From the IMG/VR virus record IMGVR_UViG_3300045125_000168, positions 172,431 to 236,430 of that record: DNA of 64,000 nucleotides; one strand, given 5' to 3'. Positions 9,780 through 19,545 of the stretch are shown piece by piece (position 1 is the stretch's first letter; each line of letters begins with the position of its first letter). Both the position numbers and the translations under genes were made by a program. The notes beneath the pieces are model-generated. The model made no database searches, was not told the DNA's origin, and worked only from the letters and a program-made list of their open reading frames with translations.

Positions 9780-10514
9780 TTATCTGGAGCCGATTTTTTC
9801 CGCAATCTCAAAGAAGTTAGAACCATCCTTTTTCAGTAAAGGTATCTTGCTACGATCAATCCGCCACATCTGTGATGGCATCAGGATGCCTTCATGCGCG
9901 ATGTTACCGTACTCATCTATAAGCTCAAGTTTCTGCTTGTCTGAAAGCAAAGGAAGAAGGATCTTTCCTGCTTTTATCCAAGCATCATAACACCCTTGAA
10001 TAACTTCTTCGAGAAGAGTGGCGTTGTATTCTTCAACAGGTTCTACTTCAAGGTAGTCTTCCGCTAAATCTCTGAGCCACTTCCTCTTTTTCTTATCGAA
10101 GGCATCACGCGCAGCTTCACCGATCTGATCCTCGTCAGGATGGATATTCTGTAGTTCTTTACCAGAAATAACAAACATGAATCCATAACGACCGCGTTTC
10201 TTTATCAAATCATATATGTATTCACTGTTAGTTCCTGCTACTGCCGCACCGAGAGCATAATGAAGTGCATAGCCGACATTTTTGCTGATATATACCCTGT
10301 CATCTACTGCTCGGCTAAAACCTTTAGTGCGTGACATATTTGGTTTGATGCCATGCTTCCATATTTTTTGCGCTTTTCTCTCGGTGGTGGTCCCATGGTA
10401 ATAAAAAGCGTTTTTTATTGCGTCATGTGGCAAGGCACTTTCGCAAACATCAACGTCTTCGTTGAGTGAATATTTGGCCAATACTTTTGTGAAAAAGTTC
10501 ACAAAATACTCCAT
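9780..10514 (-). CDS. ADP-ribosyltransferase-fold protein
   Basis: FYYHGTT...IWKHGIKP...RVYIS...YALHYA...PDEDQ, an HGT / VY / A..YA ART-like pattern. Confidence 0.55.
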   Translation of the reverse strand: MEYFVNFFTKVLAKYSLNEDVDVCESALPHDAIKNAFYYHGTTTERKAQKIWKHGIKPNMSRTKGFSRAVDDRVYISKNVGYALHYALGAAVAGTNSEYIYDLIKKRGRYGFMFVISGKELQNIHPDEDQIGEAARDAFDKKKRKWLRDLAEDYLEVEPVEEYNATLLEEVIQGCYDAWIKAGKILLPLLSDKQKLELIDEYGNIAHEGILMPSQMWRIDRSKIPLLKKDGSNFFEIAEKIGSR

Positions 10515-10538
10515 GAAATTTGTATACCAGGAAAGATC

Positions 10539-11051
10539 CTACTTCGACTTCATGATATAACGAGTCTGCACTGTACCCGGTAAGACTATGACCTCTTTTT
10601 CTTCGAGGACATCCTGCCGCAAAGCACTGTCAATGCCAGAGACTCTCGTTATATCGACAAGTATTAATGATGGAGGAACTATGGCTTCCAGAACAATACC
10701 CTTCGTATGTGACTTAATATATCCACCAGAGTATGGGAAAAAGGCGAAACTCCGGGCTGCGTCTAGATCTTTGGACCAAGATGAAAGCTGGTCCGAGTGC
10801 AAAGAGAAGCTCTCACCTAACTCCAGTTTTTTGCCTGCTAAAGCTCGGATTAGTTTTTCAGGAGTTTTGTAATTACCTACCGAGATACCGCGATATAGCT
10901 TAAGAGAACGCTTGGGACTGGCTTCTTTTAAGCTCTCAATGATGTCAGGAGATGGTGGATCTTTGATATCAGAAATCCATTCTTCCAGCCATTCAATGGC
11001 ATCATACCCCGGCCAAGTTTTTGCGATGATTTGTTTTAAAAAACTTTTCAT
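10539..11051 (-). CDS. R-S-E clade ADP-ribosyltransferase-like protein
   Basis: LYRGI (Arg), SSWSKDLDAARSFA (Ser motif), EEKEVIV (ExE). Confidence 0.7.
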   Translation of the reverse strand: MKSFLKQIIAKTWPGYDAIEWLEEWISDIKDPPSPDIIESLKEASPKRSLKLYRGISVGNYKTPEKLIRALAGKKLELGESFSLHSDQLSSWSKDLDAARSFAFFPYSGGYIKSHTKGIVLEAIVPPSLILVDITRVSGIDSALRQDVLEEKEVIVLPGTVQTRYIMKSK

Positions 11052-11057
11052 GTTTAT

Positions 11058-11862
11058 CTAAACCTCAAAAATACCAGAGTTGATGCGATTCCGCAGAAAC
11101 GTCGGCTGGGCTTTCAACGGAACTCGTCTCAAAAAGTCTACACCGGAACATAAACTATAAGACAATATTCCGTCGTGAATAGATCCAGGAGGATACTTCA
11201 CAGGCTTGTTGCCGTTGCTGATTTGTCCGGTGATAGAGTTGATGAAGCTGGAAACCCAGGCTCCCATGGAGTATCCGCGACGTTGCCCGCGCTCGATCTT
11301 GTTTGCTAGTGTGGGATCTTTTGTCGGCAATAACCGAGGAGCACATAGATCTTCCACACGTCCCAACCTGGAACCTTGCGCAAGGTTGCGTCGAAGTGAA
11401 TGCCTTTGGCCTTGGTGAAGTCGCGGTTATCGTGATCGGCAAAAGTCGGTTTACCACTGAATGTTTGGTAAATAAATTTTCCGAAGCGTGGGTCAAAGTA
11501 CGAAATCTCAGAATATGGAAAACAGTGCAAGTTGCGATTGGGGTACTCTACTGTTACGATCGGAACTTCTGTAAACAAGTAATCGTTTATATTTGCACTG
11601 ATCTGATAGGTTTCACTCGCGCCCTTGAGCCAAGAATAGTCGATGGCATGACCGTTGACTTTAGCTACACACTTCTTGGTATCTTTGTCTTCGATCTTAC
11701 GGAGGCGTTCCTTGGCGACTTCTTTTTTTGAGGAAACTCTTGAGGTGCGGCATCAGCGTAAACCTTAAACCGTCCTTCGTGATGACGGGGTAGGCTTAGA
11801 TGCGCGTGTGTGGGAAACCGCATACTTTGGTCCTTTTTTAGACTTCTAAAAGGTCGGAGCAC
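11058..11862 (-). CDS. Prohead (capsid maturation) protease, assemblin-like; frameshifted
   Basis: Three fragments join as ...PNRN...F...TFSGKPTFADHDN..AKGIHFDA...VLLG..DPTLANKIERG..GYSMG, the His and Ser-Met-Gly layout of large-phage head proteases. Confidence 0.75.
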
Positions 11863-11965
11863 GATGTTCTATTTGATGAATCTTATAGACAATTCGGGGT
11901 ACTAAAGCGTGTGCTAAACACCCTTGTAGTGCTTAACCTTTTAGAAGCGTCTTTTGGCCTGATTC

Positions 11966-12319
11966 CTAGCAGAGGGTACCAACGTCTGGGATTTTATCTT
12001 CACCATCGTCCTCATCGTCATCTTCTTCATCATCAAAGACTTTTCGTTCCTTGCGGATTGTATACACGGCAGAAACTAGCTGGTAATAAGCCTCTTCAAG
12101 ATCGTTTCTCTTACTGCCGTGAAGGGCATTGTATAATAGGAGGACGTCATTGAGGCTACATGAGTAGAAATTAAGCTCTCGCAGAGCATCGAGCAGATAA
12201 TCGACCTCTTCTTCCGAGAGGCCATTCTCGTGACAAAAAGTTGCGATTTTGAGTTCCGCGCTATCGCTCATTTCATCATAACGACGAAGAGCAGCTTCTT
12301 TCGGGTCGAGTATCGTCAT
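11966..12319 (-). CDS. Acidic hypothetical protein
   Basis: 117-aa ORF with an acidic tail; its start overlaps the upstream stop. Confidence 0.55.
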   Translation of the reverse strand: MTILDPKEAALRRYDEMSDSAELKIATFCHENGLSEEEVDYLLDALRELNFYSCSLNDVLLLYNALHGSKRNDLEEAYYQLVSAVYTIRKERKVFDDEEDDDEDDGEDKIPDVGTLC

Positions 12320-13109
12320 GCTAAAACCTCGCGGTAGTGAAGCGTCAGTTGGGGATTTGTCACAGGTTGAGCTAGAGGACTCAGGCGCACGGCTAAAAGT
12401 TCGGTGCCTGCTGGGAAGTAGGTTGGAGCGAAGCTCTCACTTGAAAGTTGGACCTCACGGGTGACCGGATCGATCAACTCGAAGGCAATTCCAGCCGAGC
12501 CTTCGAGCTTGGTGACCAGAAAGGGAGTTGGGAAAACCAAAGAGCCCATCTCAACTTTTTTAGCCGAAGCGATCCCCTCTTTTTTCCATTCCTTGGTGAT
12601 GACACTAACCGAGACCCAGAGATCAGAGGCTGGGTCATGAAAGAAAAGTCCACCCCCTCGAATACAAGGGTCTGGTAAGGATCAGGGTTAGGTGGAAGCA
12701 GAGAGGGGTCGGTAATGGTTTCCCAGGCGAGACTGACTCGCGCCCGCCCATGACTCTCTTGGTCTTCACGAGATTCGACTTTGAAGTTGCCAACAAAGTT
12801 GAGGGATGAAGTTTTATCGACCTTAACGACATAGTTTTCTTCAAGCCCAATGACCCCTGCTTCCATCTCAGGGTATCGAATGATTTTAAGAACTTTTCTT
12901 CGTTCAAGGTCGAGAACTTCAGCTAGTACAGCACGGAAATCCCGGTATTCAAGCTCAACATCTGTGTTAGGTGGGAGGGTGATGGTTCGAGACGCAAGGT
13001 CTTGCTTCTTGTCGATACCAACATCCCCAGGGATTCTTAGCTTGAATGCCTGCTTGAGCAGGTTACGGATAACCCCTGTGCTAACTACAGTTGTGAGCTT
13101 GTGTGACAT
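12316..13109 (-). CDS. Hypothetical protein, possibly structural; two fragments
   Basis: ORFs 12474-13109 and 12316-12549 overlap in different frames. Confidence 0.5.
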
Positions 13110-13112
13110 ACG

Positions 13113-13595
13113 TTAGATTTTCTTTTTCTTTTTGGGTGCGGGTGCTGCCTCCACAGGGGCTGGTGCAGCAACAGGCGCTGGTTTTGGTGGAGGAATCTGA
13201 TCGACGATAAACTCTAGTTGGAGCAGATCATCCACGGTGATGGAAGTCATATCTCCGAGTTCATCGAGAAGCACATACGGGATGTCTATCTCCATATCGA
13301 GGAGTTCGCGCATATCGCGGTTAAAAAGTTCTTTGTTGGCATCAGTAATAGAAAACTGAGTGTAAAGCATTCCGCGTTCATCGCGCTTCTCTTCACAGAT
13401 CGCGTTGCCGTTTGCATCTTTATCAGCATAAAAACGCGCTTTCTCTGAGCGCATTTCTTCGAAGATTTTGGTCTCGTCACGAACTTTAGACACGACCTGC
13501 CTGAGCTTATAGCTGGTGCGGATGGGCAAGTGCAGGCCCGTGAGCTTATTCAGACTCTTTTGAAAACTCATGTTCACGATCTTTTCTAGTTTCAC
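13113..13595 (-). CDS. DUF1617-like phage protein
   Basis: LNKL..LHLPIRTSYKL...E.KIFEEMR....YADKDANG...F..DM.ELLDMEIDI pattern; lies directly downstream of a fibre-like gene. Confidence 0.55.
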   Translation of the reverse strand: MKLEKIVNMSFQKSLNKLTGLHLPIRTSYKLRQVVSKVRDETKIFEEMRSEKARFYADKDANGNAICEEKRDERGMLYTQFSITDANKELFNRDMRELLDMEIDIPYVLLDELGDMTSITVDDLLQLEFIVDQIPPPKPAPVAAPAPVEAAPAPKKKKKI

Positions 13596-13625
13596 AGTAG
13601 CCTCCTGGTGTTAGATAAGACTAAG

Positions 13626-13649
13626 GTGGTTCCCCTTGCGGGGAACCAC
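13626..13649. terminator. Perfect GC-rich hairpin between genes
   Basis: GTGGTTCCCC-TTGC-GGGGAACCAC; the U-tract is weak, so terminator function is uncertain. Confidence 0.5.
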
Positions 13650-13657
13650 AGAAAAAA

Positions 13658-15622
13658 TTAGGCGACTTTGATATACGTTACACGGATCACGTCACCAGAA
13701 GCTAGTTCTTCTGGTTGCCCAAGTGCAACGCTACCTGCGAAAGTCAAGCGGGTGATTCCACCGACCAAGGACACGGAATAGTCAGACCCTGCGTGCAAGG
13801 CAAGACGATCTACGAAGGCACAGATGCTAAACTCGTGTGCTTCAAAGGCGAGGTCGATATAGCCTTGCGAGACTTCGGTTGAGGTGAGAGTAAAAACTTC
13901 TTTTTGGTAGTTGTCTGCTAAGTAAGACTTGACTGCGCTGACGCTTGGAGCTTGATCCGTTTCCAGACCGCTCATCGAGTCTACTACGGCAGCGTCTCTA
14001 GCTCTCTCGACCGTAAAATATTCGTTAGAGCCTTCAGCGATATCGCTGGTCGTGAGGATGACTGTTCCTGTGTAGCCGTTGACCGAATCAACCATATCCC
14101 CGTCGTTTAGGATCTGATAAGCCGAGCCATCCCAAATGTAGGATTTGCGGTTACCCTCGTAGTTATCATCGTCAAGGACGATTACCACGTCACCAATTTG
14201 GACCTGATTATCTTCGGTGCCGATAGTCAAGGCATCGCGAGCCGCGATATCAGCAACCACGATGACATCCGTGATCGAGATCGCGGGCAGTTGGTTGGAG
14301 GGAATCAGACCATTGGCGTCGAGGGTGGCAACACCGTTAGCAGCGGCCTTCTCGGATAAGCGGATACGTGCGTCTACACCATCAGCCAACTCATCCAAAG
14401 CGGTTTTAGCAGAAATCAAGGCACCGCTGTACAGCGCAGGTGTTTTTGGGATGTACTGTGCATCGGCCACGGTCGCACCGAGTTTGAGGCGCGTGCCGTT
14501 CAGGGTGTCGGAGCTTTCGGAACGAATGACGTTAGAAAGAATGTAGCCGCAGGAACCGGATTTGTTAAAGGCCGCGTAAGCAGCGCCCGTCCAAAAGGTT
14601 ACATCCGCCAACAAAAGAGCACCGCTGCTTGCGGTCGAGACGAGGCCCGCTACGTTTTCAAAACCGCAGGCAGACAAACTAACCGTTCCACCTGAATGAG
14701 TGATGGAGTGGATACGGGAGCAGTTCACGGCTCTAAAGATACCAGAAGAGATCGAAGATTGGCCGAAGCAGTAAACGTCGTTTAAAACGACTGCGGCACT
14801 GCCTACAGGCGAGCCTTCCATCACGATACCGTTGTTGCTACCGTTGCGAAAGTCATGCCAACGCTGATAAGAGCCTTGGAATTTGATCTTTCCGACAAAC
14901 ACGCAGTTATCGAAGTAGTGACGACCAGCCGATCCGTCGATGGTCATACAGACGTTGGCAGATCCACCAACGGCTTCGATAAAGATGTTGCGCATCTTAA
15001 CGCGGGTGGTCAAAGCACCGGAGATAGTGATCGAACCCACGATCTTGATTGGGATCGCATCGGTGCTGCCAACTTCGGTCATAAGAGTGATTTTGCCACC
15101 CTCTGCCGTGAGAGCACTTTTGCCGTTGGCAAGACGAGTCGCATTTGGATCAAACGTCAAGTTGACCGGGGTCGCGTTGTTGCCGTATTGCGGGGAATCC
15201 GATTGCTTGATGATAACCACAAAGTCGGAATTGGCGTTACCATACATATCCGACAAATAAGCGGCATCAATACCAGCCTGAATCGTTTTATAAGGACGAT
15301 ACAAGGAACCATCAGACGCACCGTGAAGTGTGTCGTCGTAATTTTGATCGACATAGACCACGCGAGTCATGGTCGAGAGGTCGATCAGGTTGGTGATCTC
15401 GTCGTCCACGTATTTTTTACGAGTTAGATCATCATCAGAAGACGGTGTGAATGCGGCTTTTGGAAGGATTTGAAAATCCAAACTGTCTGCCGAAGACAAC
15501 TTAAAAAGGCTAAGATCGCTCCCCTCCGAGTCTTTAGCTACAAGGCTTTGCTCATTGAGCAGGCGGATTTTATCGCCATCAATTGCCTCGTTAAGAACAA
15601 ACTTCTTTTTTAACTGAGTCAT
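13658..15622 (-). CDS. Fibre/spike-like virion protein with a probable beta-helix core
   Basis: VYVD...DGSLYRPYKTIQAGID, repetitive beta-rich core, and fibre modules NGVATLDANGLIPSNQLP and VDSVNGYTGTVILTTSDIAEGSNEYFT. Confidence 0.7.
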   Translation of the reverse strand: MTQLKKKFVLNEAIDGDKIRLLNEQSLVAKDSEGSDLSLFKLSSADSLDFQILPKAAFTPSSDDDLTRKKYVDDEITNLIDLSTMTRVVYVDQNYDDTLHGASDGSLYRPYKTIQAGIDAAYLSDMYGNANSDFVVIIKQSDSPQYGNNATPVNLTFDPNATRLANGKSALTAEGGKITLMTEVGSTDAIPIKIVGSITISGALTTRVKMRNIFIEAVGGSANVCMTIDGSAGRHYFDNCVFVGKIKFQGSYQRWHDFRNGSNNGIVMEGSPVGSAAVVLNDVYCFGQSSISSGIFRAVNCSRIHSITHSGGTVSLSACGFENVAGLVSTASSGALLLADVTFWTGAAYAAFNKSGSCGYILSNVIRSESSDTLNGTRLKLGATVADAQYIPKTPALYSGALISAKTALDELADGVDARIRLSEKAAANGVATLDANGLIPSNQLPAISITDVIVVADIAARDALTIGTEDNQVQIGDVVIVLDDDNYEGNRKSYIWDGSAYQILNDGDMVDSVNGYTGTVILTTSDIAEGSNEYFTVERARDAAVVDSMSGLETDQAPSVSAVKSYLADNYQKEVFTLTSTEVSQGYIDLAFEAHEFSICAFVDRLALHAGSDYSVSLVGGITRLTFAGSVALGQPEELASGDVIRVTYIKVA

Positions 15623-15648
15623 GGTTAAAGCTCCTTTGTCTGGGTTTT

Positions 15649-16113
15649 TTAGCTTCCGTAAATAACGCGAAGAGTGTCACCAGTTTCAAGTAGAGCATCC
15701 ATACCCAAAGTGTCCCAAGATAATTCACGGCCTGTAACGATAAAATCAGTGTCTGGAAATTGTGCTATACCACCAAGAATATCAACAGCAAGCAGGTCTT
15801 TGTTCGGTGTTTCTTTGAGCACAATTTTTTTATTATCAATTTGGTCTTGTGTGAGTGTGATATATTCTATGCGTGGGGAAGAGAGTCGCCAAACAGGATC
15901 TTTGTATCCGATATTAGGTTCTATTAGTTCAAGGATGCCAGACCGTAGCGCATCTCCGAGCGCACCTTCGGTATAGTACATCGATTTGTGCAGTTGCTCA
16001 TAGGTCCATATCGTTTCAAGATCGATCGACTCATTGGCTGCAAAAGGCTGCGAGATATAAGAATCCTGAAGCAAAAAGTCGAAAGCAGTTGTGTTCCTTA
16101 CTGTAAAAGCCAT
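15649..16113 (-). CDS. Probable structural protein sharing its C-terminal domain with the adjacent fibre-like protein
   Basis: EYITLT..IDNKKIVL...DFIV...L.TGDTLRVIY resembles EVFTLT..VSQGYIDL...DYSV...LASGDVIRVTY. Confidence 0.6.
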   Translation of the reverse strand: MAFTVRNTTAFDFLLQDSYISQPFAANESIDLETIWTYEQLHKSMYYTEGALGDALRSGILELIEPNIGYKDPVWRLSSPRIEYITLTQDQIDNKKIVLKETPNKDLLAVDILGGIAQFPDTDFIVTGRELSWDTLGMDALLETGDTLRVIYGS

Positions 16114-16135
16114 AAGAAACCTTCAATGGTAAAGT

Positions 16136-16162
16136 GGGGGTTTGTTCGCCAAACCCCCTTTA
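16136..16162. terminator. Hairpin downstream of the actin-like gene
   Basis: GGGGGTTTG-TTCGC-CAAACCCCC with T/A runs on both sides. Confidence 0.6.
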
Positions 16163-16199
16163 GACGCGCAATATAATCTTAATGAGAGGACTCTGTTTC

Positions 16200-17215
16200 T
16201 CATGAGGACAAGCAGTAGGTCAGAAGACCTCTAGCGACTGCCCCAAAAGGATCTTTGGCCATTCTTATTTCAGTGACCTTGAAGGGGAGGGGAGTTTTCT
16301 TTTTGAAACGATTGAGTTCTTCTTCCCAAAGGTCGCGGAAACCTTTGAGGCTTGCTGTTCCCCCGGAGAGAATGATCGGAATGGCGTCTGGAAAATCTAG
16401 TTGAGATTTCATCTTGGCCCACTGGGTCACAAGATGTTTGATCTCATAGCGGATCATTTCTTTGTAGTGGAAGAAAAGGGCTGGACCCATCTCGTCATCA
16501 AGCGCATCTGGTTTCATGAGATCAAACTCAGGGTTTTCTTTGAGCTTGAGAATCCGAGCGATGGACGTTCCCACAGAAGCCGCACTATGTTGGTCAATCC
16601 AGTCACCAGACCGAGCTACCGAGAACTCAATCGAAGCGATCAACTTATAGCTTGCCGCCACGTTGACCTGTCCTGCTCCGTGAGAGATAGCAATCCCGCA
16701 GTGGTCTTCGTTCGCGCACTCCGCGTAGACAATGGCCAAGGCTTCGTTCACAGGCTCGGGAACGTAACCCAGGTCTTCGAGGAGGTTGCTAAAAAACCCA
16801 GTGTGCCAGACGTTGTTGGCCTTAGGGTTATCAAGTGGCACTGCTGGGATGGAGAACGCACATTTTTCTTCCCCAAACTCACGGGGTTCACCCAGGAGAG
16901 TTTTTACGAGAGTCGAGATGATGGCTCTACCGTCTTTTCTTCAGGGTTCAGAACCCCAGAAGCCATGGGACGTCGGACTTCTTTGTTCAAGACGCGGGCG
17001 ATGCTGATGGCTTCGTCACCGACGATGTATGCTTTGTTATTGAGCATCACCGCATTAAGAGAACCAGCCGCGAGGCGAGACCTTTGCTCTTCGTCGATTT
17101 CCACAAAAGCGTTGCGAAGTCTTTTCACTTCGACCTCGTTTTTGCCTTCAACGCGAGCAACTAACAGGTTTGATGTTCCCACATCCAAACCAGCACCGAG
17201 GGTGACTTTTGACAT
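16200..17215 (-). CDS. Actin-superfamily ATPase, volactin-like; one frameshift near 16900
   Basis: Phosphate-1 GLDVGTSNL, connect-1 PVNEALA, phosphate-2 GIAISHGAGQVNV, adenosine IILSGGTA, C-terminal DPFGAVARGL. The join reads LNPEEK-DGRAIISTLVKTLLGEP...FSIPAVPLD. Confidence 0.85.
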
Positions 17216-17226
17216 GATCTTAACTC

Positions 17227-17535
17227 CTACGAGCTTTTGCGTTTCCGTTTCAGTTTCTCAACGTCTTCTGAATCATGAGCTTCGAGACTCGTCTTGACCT
17301 TCTTAAGCGAAGCCTCTCCTAACCGAGCTTTCGGAATAAACAGAGGGGCTTCTTCGGAGATTCCCACGTCTACCACATTCGGTTCGACCGCTACGGGCGT
17401 GGAGTACACTGCCGTAGGAGCTTGACCTTGTTTGTGGACATGAGCAGATAATATATCAATTTTTTTCTCTAAAGTCTGGACGTGTTCTAGCAGCTTGTCA
17501 ATCGGGGTCTCTCGGATAAAAAACTTTTTAGCCAT
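17227..17535 (-). CDS. Small protein upstream of the actin-like gene (coiled coil, linker, basic tail)
   Basis: LLEHVQTLEKKIDIL...PLFIPK...KLKRKRKSS. Confidence 0.55.
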   Translation of the reverse strand: MAKKFFIRETPIDKLLEHVQTLEKKIDILSAHVHKQGQAPTAVYSTPVAVEPNVVDVGISEEAPLFIPKARLGEASLKKVKTSLEAHDSEDVEKLKRKRKSS

Positions 17536-17568
17536 GGCGAGTACCTTTCTTATAAGGTTGAACATAGG

Positions 17569-17940
17569 TTAGTCGTTTTTCAAAAAACTGTAGCGGCTTT
17601 GGCACTGATTACATACGGCAACCACACGATATCCAGCAGGCACTAATTTGATATCATCCGACAGGCAATTTTCATTGCGGCAGCGTTCTTTGTGAGTAGG
17701 AGGCGTTTGTTTTTCTTGTATGGTAGTCTCGTTCCCCTGAAAAGCCAATGCCTCTTCGTCCTCATACAGGTCTCTTAAATCCTCCTCTCGCCTTTTTGCG
17801 TGATGTGCTTCTTTCCTTAAGCGACCTATTTTTCGATTTTGAGCTTTTAGCTGTTGTAACTCCCTTTGCATTTTTTTTAGTTTTTCTTCCAGCTCGTTGA
17901 TACGCCTTTTTGCTAGTCGCGTCTCGGCTGTAGCCCCCAT
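17569..17940 (-). CDS. Coiled-coil protein with a C-terminal zinc ribbon
   Basis: Heptad-rich N-terminus; CRNENC...CNQC. Confidence 0.6.
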   Translation of the reverse strand: MGATAETRLAKRRINELEEKLKKMQRELQQLKAQNRKIGRLRKEAHHAKRREEDLRDLYEDEEALAFQGNETTIQEKQTPPTHKERCRNENCLSDDIKLVPAGYRVVAVCNQCQSRYSFLKND

Positions 17941-18000
17941 CGGTATTTCACCTCATTTGCTTTTCGGGGTTGTAGAAAAACCTATGGAGTAACCCAAAGA

Positions 18001-19209
18001 TCAGTCTAACAGGCCGTAAAACAAAAGAAGCTGTTGAATATTCGAGCCGATTGGACCACGGCCTTTCTCGGCAAGAAACACGTTATTGGTGCGAAAGCGA
18101 TACGGTCGAGTCGCAATAGCTCCAGCAGTTTGACTGGCTCTTTGCAGGGATTGTTTCGCTTTGCCGACGTTACTATCCAGAAACTCTTTAAAACCACTCA
18201 AAATACTTTCAATATCGGCACCAGGGTTGTAATCGAGCGTCACGGATTGGCCAGAAAAATTGAGGTTGGTCTCCGCATAAAGAATACGCTGGGAAGACAA
18301 GGCCCACCATGCGGAACCTAGAACGATATAGCTTTCAATCGCGGCAGGAAAGCTCGCGGGCGTAAAGTTACTGGGAGGCCAATAGCTATTGACGATATTC
18401 GCGCCCTGCGTCACGGCCTCTAAAATATCTTCATTGGTGTAGGCGTAGACGAGTCCGAGTTTCTTTTGCAGCTTATCGATCAGCATTCGGACACTATTGA
18501 TAAGGTGCATGGTGGTCGTGCCGATCACATGGACCGACTGATGCTCAAACTCAAGCGGACTCGTGGCAGACTCCCGCATGGTCCAAAGGGCTGAGTAAAT
18601 GCCAATCTTGAGAGGGGGAGTGTCGGTGTAATAGATCAAACCCGTCCCGCTCTCAACCTCAGCGATCTTGTCCACGGTAAGGGGGTCGGGCACAGGAAAG
18701 GTGAGGGAGGCGGAGTGCATCAGGGTGTCCGTCCCCTTCATCGATAGGCCGAGAGAAAGCTGGTCTGGTCTTACAAGGTTTTTAAAGAAAAGCCGCACAG
18801 GTTGATTGGCAAAAGTCATCACTTTTTGTAATTCGGGCTCTTGCGCAGGCACTCGGTCTTCCACTACATCAAAGTGGAAGGATGCTTCAAACTGCCTGCC
18901 CTGCTCATCGACCATCATAGCTTGAAGGGCGTATCGTCGGGTCGGGCTGGTGAGTTCGATATTTTTGGGAACCACCCAACCGCACTTCCAAGCTCCAGGC
19001 TGAGGTCCAGCTACAGCGACCCCCTGAGCTACGATGGAACCGGAAGGGCTGAGAATCCGGTAGTTCGGGTAGACTTGAGGGTCACTAGGGGTGACGGGCT
19101 GAGTTTTATTGGTGTCGTAATAAAAATTAAAGAAAAAATATTCTAACCTTCCCCGTGTCAAGACACGAGAGGTCTCTTGGCTTATGGCTTGATACCCTGG
19201 AGCTTGCAT
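18001..19209 (-). CDS. Putative head-tail adaptor/neck protein
   Basis: C-terminal VRMLIDK...NSYWPPSNF...FP...IVLGS...L...NFSGQSVTLDY resembles large-myovirus adaptor proteins; N-terminus is Ig-like. Confidence 0.5.
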   Translation of the reverse strand: MQAPGYQAISQETSRVLTRGRLEYFFFNFYYDTNKTQPVTPSDPQVYPNYRILSPSGSIVAQGVAVAGPQPGAWKCGWVVPKNIELTSPTRRYALQAMMVDEQGRQFEASFHFDVVEDRVPAQEPELQKVMTFANQPVRLFFKNLVRPDQLSLGLSMKGTDTLMHSASLTFPVPDPLTVDKIAEVESGTGLIYYTDTPPLKIGIYSALWTMRESATSPLEFEHQSVHVIGTTTMHLINSVRMLIDKLQKKLGLVYAYTNEDILEAVTQGANIVNSYWPPSNFTPASFPAAIESYIVLGSAWWALSSQRILYAETNLNFSGQSVTLDYNPGADIESILSGFKEFLDSNVGKAKQSLQRASQTAGAIATRPYRFRTNNVFLAEKGRGPIGSNIQQLLLFYGLLD

Positions 19210-19223
19210 AACGACCTCGTTTT

Positions 19224-19529
19224 TTAACGTCGCCTTGACATTCGGTCTTCGTGTATTCTAAGCATAGTTTTAAGAGTTTTGTTCATGTAAGCACGGACCT
19301 GGGATGTCGGACCTAACGAGAAGATAAGTAACCAGTTGGGCGGTCTATAAAAGTAGGAGCGTCGTCGGTAGATCTCCTGCATGATGCGACCTTGCCGCCA
19401 CAATTTAAATAAATTCATATAAAGAGGGTTCCTCGCCTCCTTATAAATCTCAGGCTCGATGAGAGAGTAGTCGGGAATCATCTCTTTGATTTTGACAAAA
19501 TGTTTTAAATCGTCTCCCGAACTACTCAT
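19224..19529 (-). CDS. Hypothetical protein
   Basis: 101-aa ORF in a co-directional run. Confidence 0.45.
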   Translation of the reverse strand: MSSSGDDLKHFVKIKEMIPDYSLIEPEIYKEARNPLYMNLFKLWRQGRIMQEIYRRRSYFYRPPNWLLIFSLGPTSQVRAYMNKTLKTMLRIHEDRMSRRR

Positions 19530-19545
19530 GACGCTTTCGCCTTTT

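Noticed and set aside
11058-11578. HNH endonuclease call for the fragments near 11.3 kb
   Set aside because: The joined frames give the H...SMG head-protease pattern, not an HNH motif.
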